Below are positions 63,834 through 64,000 of a stretch of DNA of 64,000 nucleotides, in pieces. The notes under the pieces were generated by a model. The model saw only the letters and a list, made by a program, of their open reading frames with translations, did no database searches and was not told the origin of the DNA. The first letter of the stretch is position 1. Each line of letters opens with the position of its first letter. Origin of the DNA: an uncultured delta proteobacterium (GTDB taxonomy: Bacteria; Desulfobacterota; Zymogenia; Zymogenales; Zymogenaceae); NCBI GenBank assembly GCA_963735595.1, contig CAVTLK010000004.1, forward strand, positions 512,001-576,000, in the 5' to 3' direction. Position numbers and translations under genes: made by a program.

Positions 63834-64000
63834 ATGTCACGAATTGGAAAAAAGCCGATTACGATACCATCGGGCGTCACAATCGAGGTCTCGGGTTCCG
63901 ATGTTACCGTCACCGGTCCCAAGGGAAGCCTCAAACAGGCTGTTGTTTCCGGGATAAAGGTCGAGATTCACGAAAACGAGCTTTCGGTCATCGCGGAAAA
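63834..64000 (+). CDS. rplF: 50S ribosomal protein L6 (partial, runs off window)
   Basis: MSRIGKKPITIPSGV...VTGPKGSL. Confidence 0.95.
   Translation, partial: MSRIGKKPITIPSGVTIEVSGSDVTVTGPKGSLKQAVVSGIKVEIHENELSVIAE

Overview
64 kb of a GC-rich bacterial chromosome. Gene content and protein style suggest a deltaproteobacterial/Desulfobacterota-type organism (inference). 1-18 kb: mixed metabolic and envelope genes (AsmA-like protein, heptose adenylyltransferase, nitrilase-family hydrolase, Ser/Thr dehydratase, thioredoxin, APC permease plus D-amino-acid aldolase/dehydratase, CreD, acyl-CoA ligase, TAXI receptor, ComF) and a WG-repeat gene enclosed by inverted REP modules. 18.5-33.8 kb: LPS/surface glycan cluster. 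33.8-38.2 kb: yicC-remA-gmk-pyrF, a GNAT and a secreted Hint-domain protein. 38.4-64 kb: tRNA-Thr/Tyr/Gly/Thr, tuf, rpmG, tRNA-Trp, secE, nusG, rplKAJL, rpoBC, the str operon and the S10/spc operons. Single-base frameshifts cluster at about 31-39 kb, including in gmk, pyrF and tuf, and are most likely consensus errors. Best leads: (1) a ~400-nt, deeply nested structured non-coding region between secE and nusG whose outer stem covers the nusG initiation region; (2) a cassette-like WG-repeat gene bounded by ~130-bp inverted REP modules and 16-bp direct repeats; (3) a signal-peptide-bearing Hint protein that lacks the C-terminal His-Asn. No CRISPR array, rRNA or transposase was seen.
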